In this document: piece by piece, positions 46,601 through 60,292 of the stretch
Layout: each line of letters begins with the position of its first letter
Position numbering within the stretch: position 1 is the first letter of the stretch
Assembly: GCF_009914755.1 (NCBI RefSeq)
Contig: NC_060940.1
Length of the DNA stretch: 64,000 nt
From: the human T2T-CHM13v2.0 reference genome, Homo sapiens
Reading direction: 5' to 3' (one strand)
Made by a program: the position numbers and the translations under genes
Notes under the pieces: generated by a model
Seen by the model: the letters and a program-made list of their open reading frames with translations, nothing else
Databases searched by the model: none
What the model was told of the DNA's origin: nothing

Positions 46601-46763
46601 TTCCATTCTATTCTATTCAATGGTGATTCCATTCGAGTACATTAGATGATTCCATTCGATTCCATTCAATGATGATTCTATTTGTGTCCCTTAGATGATT
46701 CCACATGATTCCATTAGATGATGATACTATTTGAGCCCATCCAATGATTCCCTTCGATTCCAT
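40652..46763 (+). repeat. HOR unit U8 (6112 bp; head like U6, tail switches to variant family B)
   Basis: Shares TCCAACCGA, TTGAATTCC and CCTTATGGG with U6. From ~45755 it carries variants shared with U9 and U10. Confidence 0.92.
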
Positions 46764-49700
46764 TCGATGAGGATTCCATTCGATTCAATTCATTGGTGAT
46801 TCTATTCAATTCAATTCTTTGATTCCATTCCATTCCATTCGACAATGATTCCATTCGATTTCTTTCGATGATTCCACTCGATTCCACTTGACATTGATTC
46901 CATTCAATTCCATTCAATGATTCCATTTGATTCCAGTGGATGATGATTGCCATTGATTCCATTCGATCACTCCATTCTATTCCATTTGATGATGATTACA
47001 TTCGATTCCATTTGATGATTCCATCTGATTCTATTCGAGGATTCCGTTTGATTCCTTTCGATGATGATTCCATTCGAGTCCTTTCGATGATGATTCCATT
47101 AGAGTCCATTCGATGATTTCATTCGAGTCCCTTCATTGATTCCATCCGATTTCATTGGATGATGACTCCATTCAAGTCCATTCGATGATTCCACTCGATT
47201 CCATTAGATGATTCCATTGGAGCCCATTTGATTGTTCCATTCGATTCCATTCGATTCCTTTCGAAGATTATTCCATTTGAGTCCATTCGATGATGATTCC
47301 ATTCCATTCCATTCGATGATTCCGTTTGATTCCATTCGATGATTCCCTTCGATTCCTTTCTTTGATGATTCCATTCCATTCCATTCAATGATTCCATTCG
47401 AATCTATTCCATGATGATTCCTTTCGATTCCATTCGCTGATGTTTCCGTTCAATTCCATTCGATGATGATTCCATTCGATTCCATTCATTGAGGATTCCA
47501 TTTGATTCCATTAAATGATGATTCCGTTCTATTCCATTCAATGATTGCATTCAATTCCATTCAATGATTATCCCCTTAGAGTAAACTCAACGATTCCATT
47601 CAATACCATTCGATGATGATTCCTTTTGAGTCCATTCAATGATTTCATTCAAGTCCATTTAATGAATCCTTTCAATTCCATTCTATGATGATTCCATTCG
47701 AGTCCATTCGATGATTCCATTAGAGTATATTTAATGATTGCTTTGTTTTCAATTCGAAGATGATTACATTGGATTCCATTCCATGATACCATTCGATTCC
47801 ATTCAATGATGATTCCACTCAAATCCATTGGATGATTCCATTCGTGTCCATTCGGTGATTTCATTAGATTCCATTCGAGGATGATTCCATTCGATTCCAT
47901 TCGATGATTCCATTCAATTCCATTCGATGATGATTCCATTCCAATCCATATGATCATTCCATTTGATTTCATTCGATGATGTTTCCATTCGATTCCATTC
48001 GATGATTCCATTCGATTCCATTCGATGATGATTCCATTCGAGTCCATTCGATGATTCCATTCGAGTCCATTTAATGATTCCATTGGGTTCAATTCAATGA
48101 TGATTACATTGGATTCCTTTCTATGATTCCATTCAATTCCGTTCATTGACAATTTGATTCCATTCGATGATGATTCCATTTGAGTTCATTCAATGATTCT
48201 ATTCGATTCTCTTCGATGGTGATTCAATTCTATTATATTGGATGATTCCATTCGATTCCATTTGATGTTGATTCAATTCGATTCTATTCGATGATGATTC
48301 CATTGGATTTCACTTGATGATTCTATTCGATTCCATTCAATGATGATTCACTTCTCGTCCATTGGATGATTCCATTTCATTCCATTCGATGATGATTCCA
48401 TTTGATTCCATTCGATGATTCCATTCGATTCCATGCGACGGTGAGCAATTCGATTCAATTCCATGATGATTCTATTTGATTCAATTAGATGATGTTTCCA
48501 TTCGAATCCATTCCATGATTATTCCATTGGAATCCATTCGGCGATGATTCCATATGAGTCAATTCAATGATGATTCCATATGGGTCCGTTCGATGATAAT
48601 TCCATTTGATTTCATTCGATGCTTCTATTCAATTCCAGTCGATGATGATTCCGTTGGAGTCCATACGATGATTCCATTTGATTTCATTTGATGATGATTC
48701 CATTCGATGATGATTACATTGGATTCCATTCTATGATTCCATTCAATTCCATTCGTTGATGATTCGATTCCATTCAATGATGATTCCATTTGAGTTCATT
48801 CGATGATTCTATTCGATTCCGTTCGATGGTGATTCAATTCTCTTATATTGGATGATTCCACTCGATTCCATTTGATGATTATTCCATTGGAGTCCACTTA
48901 GTGAATCCTTTAGATTCTACTCGAAGATGATTCCATTCGAGTCCATTCGATGATACCATTCAATTCCATTCGTTGATGCTTCCATTCAAGTGCATTCGAT
49001 GATATCATTCGATTCCATTTGATGATAATTCCATTTGATTCCATGCGATGATTCTATTCGATTCCATTCAATGATAATTCCATTCAATTCAGTGATTCCT
49101 CTGGACTCCATTTGATGATGATTCCATTCAATGATTCCATTCGATTCTATTCCAAAATGATTCCATTTGAATCCATTTGATGATGATTCCATTAGATTCC
49201 ATTTGATGATTCCATTCGATTCCATTTGACGATGATTCCATTCGATTCCATTTGATGATTCCATTCTATTCTATTCGATGATGATTCCATTCGATTCCAT
49301 TTGATGATGATTGGATTCGATTCCATTTGATGATTTCATTTGATTCCATTCGTTAATGATTTCGATCAATCCCATTCGATGATTCCATTCGATTTAATTC
49401 GATAATGATTACATCCGAGTCCATTCGATGATTCCATTTGAGCCTGTTCGATAATTCCATTTGAGTCCAACCAATGATTCCATTCATTTCCATTCAATGA
49501 TTCCATTCGAGTCCATTTGATCATTCCGGTAGGGTCCATTCAATGTTGATTCCATTGGAGTGCATTCGATGATTCCATTCGAGTCCATTTTAGGATTTGA
49601 TTCGAGTCCTTTCGATGATTCCATTCGATTCCACTCGATGATGATTTCATTCGAGTCCATTCGACACTTCCAATCGATTCCATTTGATGTTTCCATTCGA

Positions 49701-52518
49701 GTCCAATTGATGATTCCATTCAATTCCATTCGATGATGATTCCGTACGGTTCCATTCTGTGATGATTCCATGTGATTGCATTCAATGATGATTCCTTTCC
49801 ATTGCATTCGATTATGATTCATTTCGTGTTCATTCTATGGTTCCACAGGTTTCCATTCGTGTCCATTCCATTATTCCATTCTATTCCATTTGATGATGAT
49901 TCCATTCGATTCCATTCATTGGTGATTCCACTCAATTCCATTCAATAATTCCATTCCATTTCTTTCAACAATGATTCCATTAGTTTCTAATCGATGATCC
50001 ACTTGATTCCATTTGACGACGATTCCATTCTTGTCCATTCGATGATTCCATTTGATTCCATATGATGATGATTCCATTCGATTCCATACCATGATGATTC
50101 CATTCGAGTCCATTCAATGGTGATTCCATTCAATTCCATTCGATGATTCCTTTCGATTCCATTCGATGATGATGGCATTCGATTCCTTTCAATCATTCCC
50201 TTTGATTCCATTCAAAGGTGATTTCATTCAAGTCCATTCGATAATTGTATTCGATTCCATTCTATGATGATTCCATTCGAGTCCATTTGATGATTCCATT
50301 CAATTCAAGTCAATGATGATTCCATTCGATTCCATTCGATGATTCCATTGGATTCCATTCGATGATGATTCCATTCAAATCCATTCGATAATTCAATTCA
50401 AGTCCATTCGATGATGATTCCAATCGAATCCATTCAAAGATTCCATTCAGTTCCATTCGATGATTCCCTTAGATTCCATTCGATGATTCCACTTGATTCC
50501 ATTTACGATGATTCCATTCGATTCCATGTGATGATTCCATTCAATTCTATTCAATGATGTTTCCATTTGATTCCATTCGACCATGATTGCCTTTGATTCC
50601 ATTCAATGATTCCATTCGGTTCCTTTTGATGATGATTCCGTTCGATTCCATTTGATGATTCCATTTGATTCCATTGGATGAGTCCATTCGATTACATTCG
50701 ATGATTATTCCATTCGAGTGCATTAGATGATTCCATTCGAGTCCATTCGATGATTCCATTCGATTCCATTCGATGTTGATTCTGTTCAAATCCATTCGAT
50801 GATTCCACTCGATTCCATTCGATGACTACAGTTGATCCCATTCGATGATTTCCTGTGATTCCCTTTGATGATCATTCCATTTGATTCAATTCGGTGATTT
50901 CATTTGATTCCATTCAGTGACGTTTCCATTCCCCTCCATTCGATGATGATTCCATTCGACTCCATTCGATTATGATTTCATTCAATTCCATTCGATAATG
51001 ATTCCCTTCGAGTCCATTCGATGATTCCATTCGATTCCATTCAACGATGATTTGATTCGTGTCCATTCGATGATTCCATTTGATTCCACTTGATGATGAT
51101 TCCATTCGAGTCCATTTGATGATTCCATTCAATTCCATACTCCGATGATTTCTTTTGAGCCCACTCAATGCTTCCACTCGATTCCATATGATGATGACTC
51201 CATTCGATGAAATTCGATGATGATTCCATTCGCTTGCGTTCGATGATGATTCCACTTGAGTCCGTTAGAAGATTCTATTCAATTACATTCCATGACGATT
51301 CCGTTCGAGTCCATTTGATGATTCCATTAGACTCCATTCGACGATGATTCCATTCGATGTTATTCGATGATTCCATTCGATCTCATTCGATGATGATTCC
51401 ATTCAACTCCATTCGATGTTTCCATTCGAGTTCATTCTATTATTCCATTAGATTCCATTCGATGATGATTCCATTCGATTCCATTTGATGATTGCATTCT
51501 ATTTCATTTAATGATGATTCCATTCGAGTCCACTCGATGATTCCATTCGAGTCCATTTAATGAATCCATTGGTTTCAATTCTATGATGATTACTTTGGAT
51601 TCCATTCGTTGATGATTTCATTCGGTTCCATTCAATGATGATTCCATTCAATTCCTTTCAATGTTTCCATTCAATTCCATACGATGATGATTCCATTTGA
51701 TTTGATTCGACAGTGAGCCATTCGATTCAATTCCATGATGATTCTATTTGATTCAATTGGTTGACATTTCCATTCGATTCCATTCGATGATGATTCCCTT
51801 TGATTCCATTCAAAGATGATTCCATTCTAGCCCATTCAATCATTCCATTCGATTCTATTCAATGATGATTCCATTCATGTCGATTTGGTGATTCCATTTG
51901 ACTTCATTTGATGATGATTCCTTTCAAGTTCATTAGATGATTCTATTCGATTCCATTTGATGATGATCCCATTCGAGTCCATTCAGTGATTCCATTCGTT
52001 TCCATTCCATGATGATTCCATTCCATTCCATTCAATGATTCCATTCGATTCCGTTTGATGATGATTTCATTCGAGTCCATTTGATGATTCCATTTGATTC
52101 CATTCGATGATGATTCCATTCGAGTCCATTCGATGATTCTACTCGAATCCACTTCATGATTTCTTTTCATTATAGTTGGTGATGATTCCATTGGAGTCCA
52201 TTCAATGATTCCATTCGATTCCAATCGATGGTGATTCCATTAGAGTCCATTTAATGATTCCATTTGATTCCAGTCTCTGATGATTACATTCGAGTCTATA
52301 CGATGATTCCACTCAATTCCGTATGATGATGATTCCATTCGATTCCATTCGATGATTCCATTCTATTCTATTCAATGGTGATTCCATTCGAGTACATTAG
52401 ATGATTCCATTCGATTCCATTCAATGATGATTCTATTTGTGTCCCTTAGATGATTCCACATGATTCCATTAGATGATGATACTATTTGAGCCCATCCAAT
52501 GATTCCCTTCGATTCCAT
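46764..52518 (+). repeat. Variant HOR unit U9 (5755 bp; 285-bp and 72-bp deletions)
   Basis: ORF offset is 5755; junctions at ~47086-47091 and 47689-47721. Confidence 0.93.
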
Positions 52519-55500
52519 TCGATGAGGATTCCATTCGATTCAATTCATTGGTGATTCTATTCAATTCAATTCTTTGATTCCATTCCATTCCATTCGACAA
52601 TGATTCCATTCGATTTCTTTCGATGATTCCACTCGATTCCACTTGACATTGATTCCATTCAATTCCATTCAATGATTCCATTTGATTCCAGTGGATGATG
52701 ATTGCCATTGATTCCATTCGATCACTCCATTCTATTCCATTTGATGATGATTACATTCGATTCCATTTGATGATTCCATCTGATTCTATTCGAGGATTCC
52801 GTTTGATTCCTTTCGATGATGATTCCATTCGAGTCCTTTCGATGATGATTCCATTAGAGTCCATTCGATGATTTCATTCGAGTCCCTTCATTGATTCCAT
52901 CCGATTTCATTGGATGATGACTCCATTCAAGTCCATTCGATGATTCCACTCGATTCCATTAGATGATTCCATTGGAGCCCATTTGATTGTTCCATTCGAT
53001 TCCATTCGATTCCTTTCGAAGATTATTCCATTTGAGTCCATTCGATGATGATTCCATTCCATTCCATTCGATGATTCCGTTTGATTCCATTCGATGATTC
53101 CCTTCGATTCCTTTCTTTGATGATTCCATTCCATTCCATTCAATGATTCCATTCGAATCTATTCCATGATGATTCCTTTCGATTCCATTCGCTGATGTTT
53201 CCGTTCAATTCCATTCGATGATGATTCCATTCGATTCCATTCATTGAGGATTCCATTTGATTCCATTAAATGATGATTCCGTTCTATTCCATTCAATGAT
53301 TGCATTCAATTCCATTCAATGATTATCCCCTTAGAGTAAACTCAACGATTCCATTCAATACCATTCGATGATGATTCCTTTTGAGTCCATTCAATGATTT
53401 CATTCAAGTCCATTTAATGAATCCTTTCAATTCCATTCTATGATGATTCCATTCGAGTCCATTCGATGATTCCATTAGAGTATATTTAATGATTGCTTTG
53501 TTTTCAATTCGAAGATGATTACATTGGATTCCATTCCATGATACCATTCGATTCCATTCAATGATGATTCCACTCAAATCCATTGGATGATTCCATTCGT
53601 GTCCATTCGGTGATTTCATTAGATTCCATTCGAGGATGATTCCATTCGATTCCATTCGATGATTCCATTCAATTCCATTCGATGATGATTCCATTCCAAT
53701 CCATATGATCATTCCATTTGATTTCATTCGATGATGTTTCCATTCGATTCCATTCGATGATTCCATTCGATTCCATTCGATGATGATTCCATTCGAGTCC
53801 ATTCGATGATTCCATTCGAGTCCATTTAATGATTCCATTGGGTTCAATTCAATGATGATTACATTGGATTCCTTTCTATGATTCCATTCAATTCCGTTCA
53901 TTGACAATTTGATTCCATTCGATGATGATTCCATTTGAGTTCATTCAATGATTCTATTCGATTCTCTTCGATGGTGATTCAATTCTATTATATTGGATGA
54001 TTCCATTCGATTCCATTTGATGTTGATTCAATTCGATTCTATTCGATGATGATTCCATTGGATTTCACTTGATGATTCTATTCGATTCCATTCAATGATG
54101 ATTCACTTCTCGTCCATTGGATGATTCCATTTCATTCCATTCGATGATGATTCCATTTGATTCCATTCGATGATTCCATTCGATTCCATGCGACGGTGAG
54201 CAATTCGATTCAATTCCATGATGATTCTATTTGATTCAATTAGATGATGTTTCCATTCGAATCCATTCCATGATTATTCCATTGGAATCCATTCGGCGAT
54301 GATTCCATATGAGTCAATTCAATGATGATTCCATATGGGTCCGTTCGATGATAATTCCATTTGATTTCATTCGATGCTTCTATTCAATTCCAGTCGATGA
54401 TGATTCCGTTGGAGTCCATACGATGATTCCATTTGATTTCATTTGATGATGATTCCATTCGATGATGATTACATTGGATTCCATTCTATGATTCCATTCA
54501 ATTCCATTCGTTGATGATTCGATTCCATTCAATGATGATTCCATTTGAGTTCATTCGATGATTCTATTCGATTCCGTTCGATGGTGATTCAATTCTATTA
54601 TATTGGATGATTCCACTCGATTCCATTTGATGATTATTCCATTGGAGTCCACTTAGTGAATCCTTTAGATTCTACTCGAAGATGATTCCATTCGAGTCCA
54701 TTCGATGATACCATTCAATTCCATTCGTTGATGCTTCCATTCAAGTGCATTCGATGATATCATTCGATTCCATTTGATGATAATTCCATTTGATTCCATG
54801 CGATGATTCTATTCGATTCCATTCAATGATAATTCCATTCAATTCAGTGATTCCTCTGGACTCCATTTGATGATGATTCCATTCAATAATTCCATTCGAT
54901 TCTATTCCAAAATGATTCCATTTGAATCCATTTGATGATGATTCCATTAGATTCCATTTGATGATTCCATTCGATTCCATTTGACGATGATTCCATTCGA
55001 TTCCATTTGATGATTCCATTCTATTCTATTCGATGATGATTCCATTCGATTCCATTTGATGATGATTGGATTCGATTCCATTTGATGATTTCATTTGATT
55101 CCATTCGTTAATGATTTCGATCAATCCCATTCGATGATTCCATTCGATTTAATTCGATAATGATTACATCCGAGTCCATTCGATGATTCCCTTTGAGCCT
55201 GTTCGATAATTCCATTTGAGTCCAACCAATGATTCCATTCATTTCCATTCAATGATTCCATTCGAGTCCATTTGATCATTCCGGTAGGGTCCATTCGATG
55301 TTGATTCCATTGGAGTGCATTCGATGATTCCATTCGAGTCCATTTTAGGATTTGATTCGAGTCCTTTCGATGATTCCATTCGATTCCACTCGATGATGAT
55401 TTCATTCGAGTCCATTCGACACTTCCAATCGATTCCATTTGATGTTTCCATTCGAGTCCAATTGATGATTCCATTCAATTCCATTCGATGATGATTCCGT

Positions 55501-58201
55501 ACGGTTCCATTCTGTGATGATTCCATGTGATTGCATTCAATGATGATTCCTTTCCATTGCATTCGATTATGATTCATTTCGTGTTCATTCTATGGTTCCA
55601 CAGGTTTCCATTCGTGTCCATTCCATTATTCCATTCTATTCCATTTGGTGATGATTCCATTCGAATCCATTCATTGGTGATTCCACTCAATTCCATTCAA
55701 TGATTCCATTCCATTTCTTTCAACAATGATTCCATTACTTTCTAATCGATGATCCACTTGATTCCATTTGACGACGATTCCATTCTTGTCCATTCGATGA
55801 TTCCATTTGATTCCATATGATGATGATTCCATTCGATTCCATACCATGATGATTCCATTCGAGTCCATTCAATGGTGATTCCATTCAATTCCATTCGATG
55901 ATTCCTTTCGATTCCATTCGATGATGATGGCATTCGATTCCTTTCAATCATTCCATTTGATTCCATTCAAAGGTGATTTCATTCAAGTCCATTCGATAAT
56001 TGCATTCGATTCCATTCTATGATGATTCCATTCGAGTCCATTTGATGATTCCATTCAATTCAAGTCAATGATGATTCCATTCGATTCCATTCGATGATTC
56101 CATTGGATTCCATTCGATGATGATTCCATTCAAATCCATTCGATAATTCAATTCAAGTCCATTCGATGATGATTCCAATCGAATCCATTCAAAGATTCCA
56201 TTCAGTTCCATTCGATGATTCCCTTAGATTCCATTCGATGATTCCACTTGATTCCATTTACGATGATTCCATTCGATTCCATGTGATGATTCCATTCAAT
56301 TCTATTCAATGATGTTTCCATTTGATTCCATTCGACCATGATTGCCTTTGATTCCATTCAATGATTCCATTCGGTTCCTTTTGATGATGATTCCGTTCGA
56401 TTCCATTTGATGATTCCATTCGAGTCCATTCGATGATTCCATTCGATTCCATTCGATGTTGATTCTGTTCAAATCCATTTGATGATTCCACTCGATTCCA
56501 TTCGATGACTCCAGTTGATCCCATTCGATGATTTCCTTTGATTCCCTTTGATGATCATTCCATTTGATTCAATTCGGTGATTTCATTTGATTCCATTCAG
56601 TGACGTTTCCATTCGACTCCATTCGATGATGATTCCATTCGACTCCATTCGATTATGATTTCATTCAATTCCATTCGATAATGATTCCCTTCGAGTCCAT
56701 TCGATGATTCCATTCGATTCCATTCAACGATGATTTGATTCGTGTCCATTCGATGATTCCATTTGATTTCACTTGATGATGATTCCATTCGAGTCCATTT
56801 GATGATTCCATTCAATTCCATTCTCCGATGATTTCTTTTGAGCCCACTCAATGCTTCCACTCGATTCCATATGATGATGACTCCATTCGATGAAATTCTA
56901 TGATGATTCCATTCGCTTGCGTTCGATGATGATTCCACTTGAGTCCGTTAGAAGATTCTATTCAATTACATTCCATGACGATTCCGTTCGAGTCCATTTG
57001 ATGATTCCATTGGGCTCCATTCGACGATGATTCCATTCGATGTTATTCGATGATTCCATTCGATCTCATTCGATGATGATTCCATTCAACTCCATTCGAT
57101 GTTTCCATTCGAGTTCATTCTATTATTCCATTAGATTCCATTCGATGATGATTCCATTCGATTCCATTTGATGATTGCATTCTATTTCATTTAATGATGA
57201 TTCCATTCGAGTCCACTCGATGATTCCATTCGAGTCCATTTAATGAATCCATTGGTTTCAATTCTATGATGATTACTTTGGATTCCATTCGTTGATGATT
57301 TCATTCGGTTCCATTCAATGATGATTCCATTCAATTCCTTTCAATGTTTCCATTCAATTCCATACGATGATGATTCCATTTGATTTGATTCGACAGTGAG
57401 CCATTCGATTCAATTCCATGATGATTCTATTTGATTCAATTGGTTGACATTTCCATTCGATTCCATTCGATGATGATTCCCTTTGATTCCATTCAAAGAT
57501 GATTCCATTCTAGCCCATTCAATCATTCCATTCGATTCTATTCAATGATGATTCCATTCATGTCGATTTGGTGATTCCATTTGACTTCATTTGATGATGA
57601 TTCCTTTCAAGTTCATTAGATGATTCTATTCGATTCCATTTGATGATGATCCCATTCGAGTCCATTCAGTGATTCCATTCGTTTCCATTCCATGATGATT
57701 CCATTCCATTCCATTCAATGATTCCATTCGATTCCGTTTGATGATGATTTCATTCGAGTCCATTTGATGATTCCATTTGATTCCATTCGATGATGATTCC
57801 ATTCGAGTCCATTCGATGATTCTACTCGAATCCACTTCATGATTTCTTTTCATTATAGTTGGTGATGATTCCATTGGAGTCCATTCAATGATTCCATTCG
57901 ATTCCAATCGATGGTGATTCCATTAGAGTCCATTTAATGATTCCATTTGATTCCAGTCTCTGATGATTACATTCGAGTCCATACGATGATTCCACTCAAT
58001 TCCGTATGATGATGATTCCATTCGATTCCATTCGATGATTCCATTCTATTCTATTCAATGGTGATTCCATTCGAGTACATTAGATGATTCCATTCGATTC
58101 CATTCAATGATGATTCTATTTGTGTCCCTTAGATGATTCCACATGATTCCATTAGATGATGATACTATTTGAGCCCATCCAATGATTCCCTTCGATTCCA
58201 T
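52519..58201 (+). repeat. Variant HOR unit U10 (5683 bp; 285-bp, 72-bp and a further 72-bp deletion)
   Basis: ORF offset is 5683; extra junction at 56409-56420. Confidence 0.93.
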
Positions 58202-58569
58202 TCGATGACGATTACATTCGATTCAATTCATTGGTGATTCTATTCAATTCAATTCTTTGATTCCATTCCATTCCATTCGACAATGATTCCATTCGATTTC
58301 TTTCGATGATTCCACTCGATTCCACTTGACATTGATTCCATTCAATTCCATTCAATGATTCCATTTGATTCCAGTGGATGATGATTGCCATCGATTCCAT
58401 TCGATCACTCCATTCTATTCCATTTGATGATGATTACATTCGATTCCAATTGATGATTCCATCTGATTCTATTCGAGGATTCCGTTTGATTCCTTTCGAT
58501 GATGATTCCATTCGAGTCCATTCGATGATTTCATTCGAGTACATCCAATGATTCCATTCGAGTCCATTT

Positions 58570-60292
58570 GATGATTCCATTTGAGCCCGTTCGATAATTC
58601 CATTTGAGTCCAATCAATGATTCCATTCATTTCCATTCAATGATTCCATTCGAGTCCATTTGATCATTCCGGTAGGGTCCGTTCGATGTTGATTCCATTG
58701 GAGTGCATTCGATGATTCCATTCGAGTCCATTTTAGGATTTGATTCGAGTCCTTTCGATGATTCCATTCGATTCCACTCGATGATGATTTCATTCGAGTC
58801 CATTCGACACTTCCAACCGATTCCATTTGATGTTTCCATTCGAGTCCAATTGATGATTCCATTCAATTCCATTCGATGATGATTCCGTACGATTCCATTC
58901 TGTGATGATTCCATGTGATTGCATTCAATGATGATTCCTTTCGATTGCATTCGATTATGATTCATTTCGTGTTCATTCTATGGTTCCACAGGTTTCCATT
59001 CGATGACGTTTCCGTTCGTGTCCATTCCATTATTCCATTCTATTTCATTTGATGATGATTTCATTCGATTCCATTCATTGGTGATTCCACTCAATTCCAT
59101 TCAATGATTCCATTCCATTTCTTTCAACAATGATTCCATTAGTTTCTATTCGATGATCCACTTGATTCCATTTGATGACGATTCCATTCTTGTCCATTCG
59201 ATGATTCCATTTGATTCCATATGATGATGATTCCATTCGATTCCATACGATGATGATTCCATTCGAGTCCATTCAATGGTGATTCCATTCAATTCCATTC
59301 CATGATTCCTTTTGATTCCATTCGATGATGATGGCATTCGATTCCTTTCAATCATTCCCTTTGATTCCATTCAAAGGTGATTTCATTCAAGTCCATTCGA
59401 TAATTGCATTCGATTCCATTCTATGATGATTCCATTCGAGTCCATTTGATGATTCCATTCAATTCAAGTCAATGATGATTCCATTCGATTCCACTCGATG
59501 ATTCCATTGGATTCCATTCGATGATGATTCCATTCAAATCCATTCGATAATTCAATTCAAGTCCATTCGATGATGATTCCAATCGAATCCATTCAAAGAT
59601 TCCATTCAATTCCATTCGATGATGATTCCCTTAGATTCCATTCGATGATTCCACTTGATTCCATTTAAGATGATTCCATTTGATTCCATGTGATGAATCC
59701 ATTCAATTCTATTCAATGATGTTTCCATTTGATTCCATTGGACCATGATTGCCTTTGATTCCATTCAATGATTCCATTCGGTTCCATTTGATGATGATTC
59801 TGTTCGATTCCATTTCATTATTCCATTTGATTCCATTGGATGAGTCCATTCGATTACATTCGATGATTATTCCATTCAAGTGCATTAGATGATTGCATTC
59901 GTGTCCATTCGATGATTCCATTCGATTCCATTCGATGTTGATTCTGTTCAAATCCATTCGATGATTCCACTCGATTCCATTCGATGACTCCATTTGATCC
60001 CTTTCGATGATTTCCTGTGATTCCCTTTGATGATCATTCTATTTGATTCAATTCGGTGATTTCATTTCATTCCATTCAGTGATGTTTCCATTCGACTGTA
60101 TTCGATGATGATTCCATTCGACTCCATTCGATTATGATTTCATTCAATTCCATTCCATAATGATTCCCTTCGAGTCCATTCGATGATTCCATTCGATTCC
60201 ATTCAACGATGATTTGATTCGTTTCCATTCGATGATTCCATTTGATTCCACTTGATGATGATTCCATTCGAGTCCATTTGATGATTCCATTC
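58570..60292 (+). repeat. Diverged paralogue of unit positions ~3030-4720
   Basis: Contains the CCGGTAGGGTCC and GGTTCCACAGG markers, but with an extra 16 bp, an extra GAT and many substitutions relative to U1-U10. Confidence 0.9.

Larger units (their letters stand above)
1..58570 (+). repeat. Homogeneous higher-order domain with ~6.11-kb unit, probably HSat2B of chr16q11.2 type
   Basis: Identical marker ORFs recur at ~6.1-kb offsets (e.g. 233, 6345, 12458, 18561, 24660, 30772). Unique motifs (CCGGTAGGGTCC, GGTTCCACAGGTTTCC, GAGTAAACTCAACG) occur once per unit. The periodicity is directly seen; the subfamily and chromosome assignment is recalled from the literature. Confidence 0.8.

Noticed and set aside
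47649-48179. Longest ORF (176 aa, repeated at 53404-53934)
   Set aside because: It is the 132-aa satellite ORF extended by a TAG>TGG change and the in-frame 72-bp deletion. Nothing suggests selection or expression.
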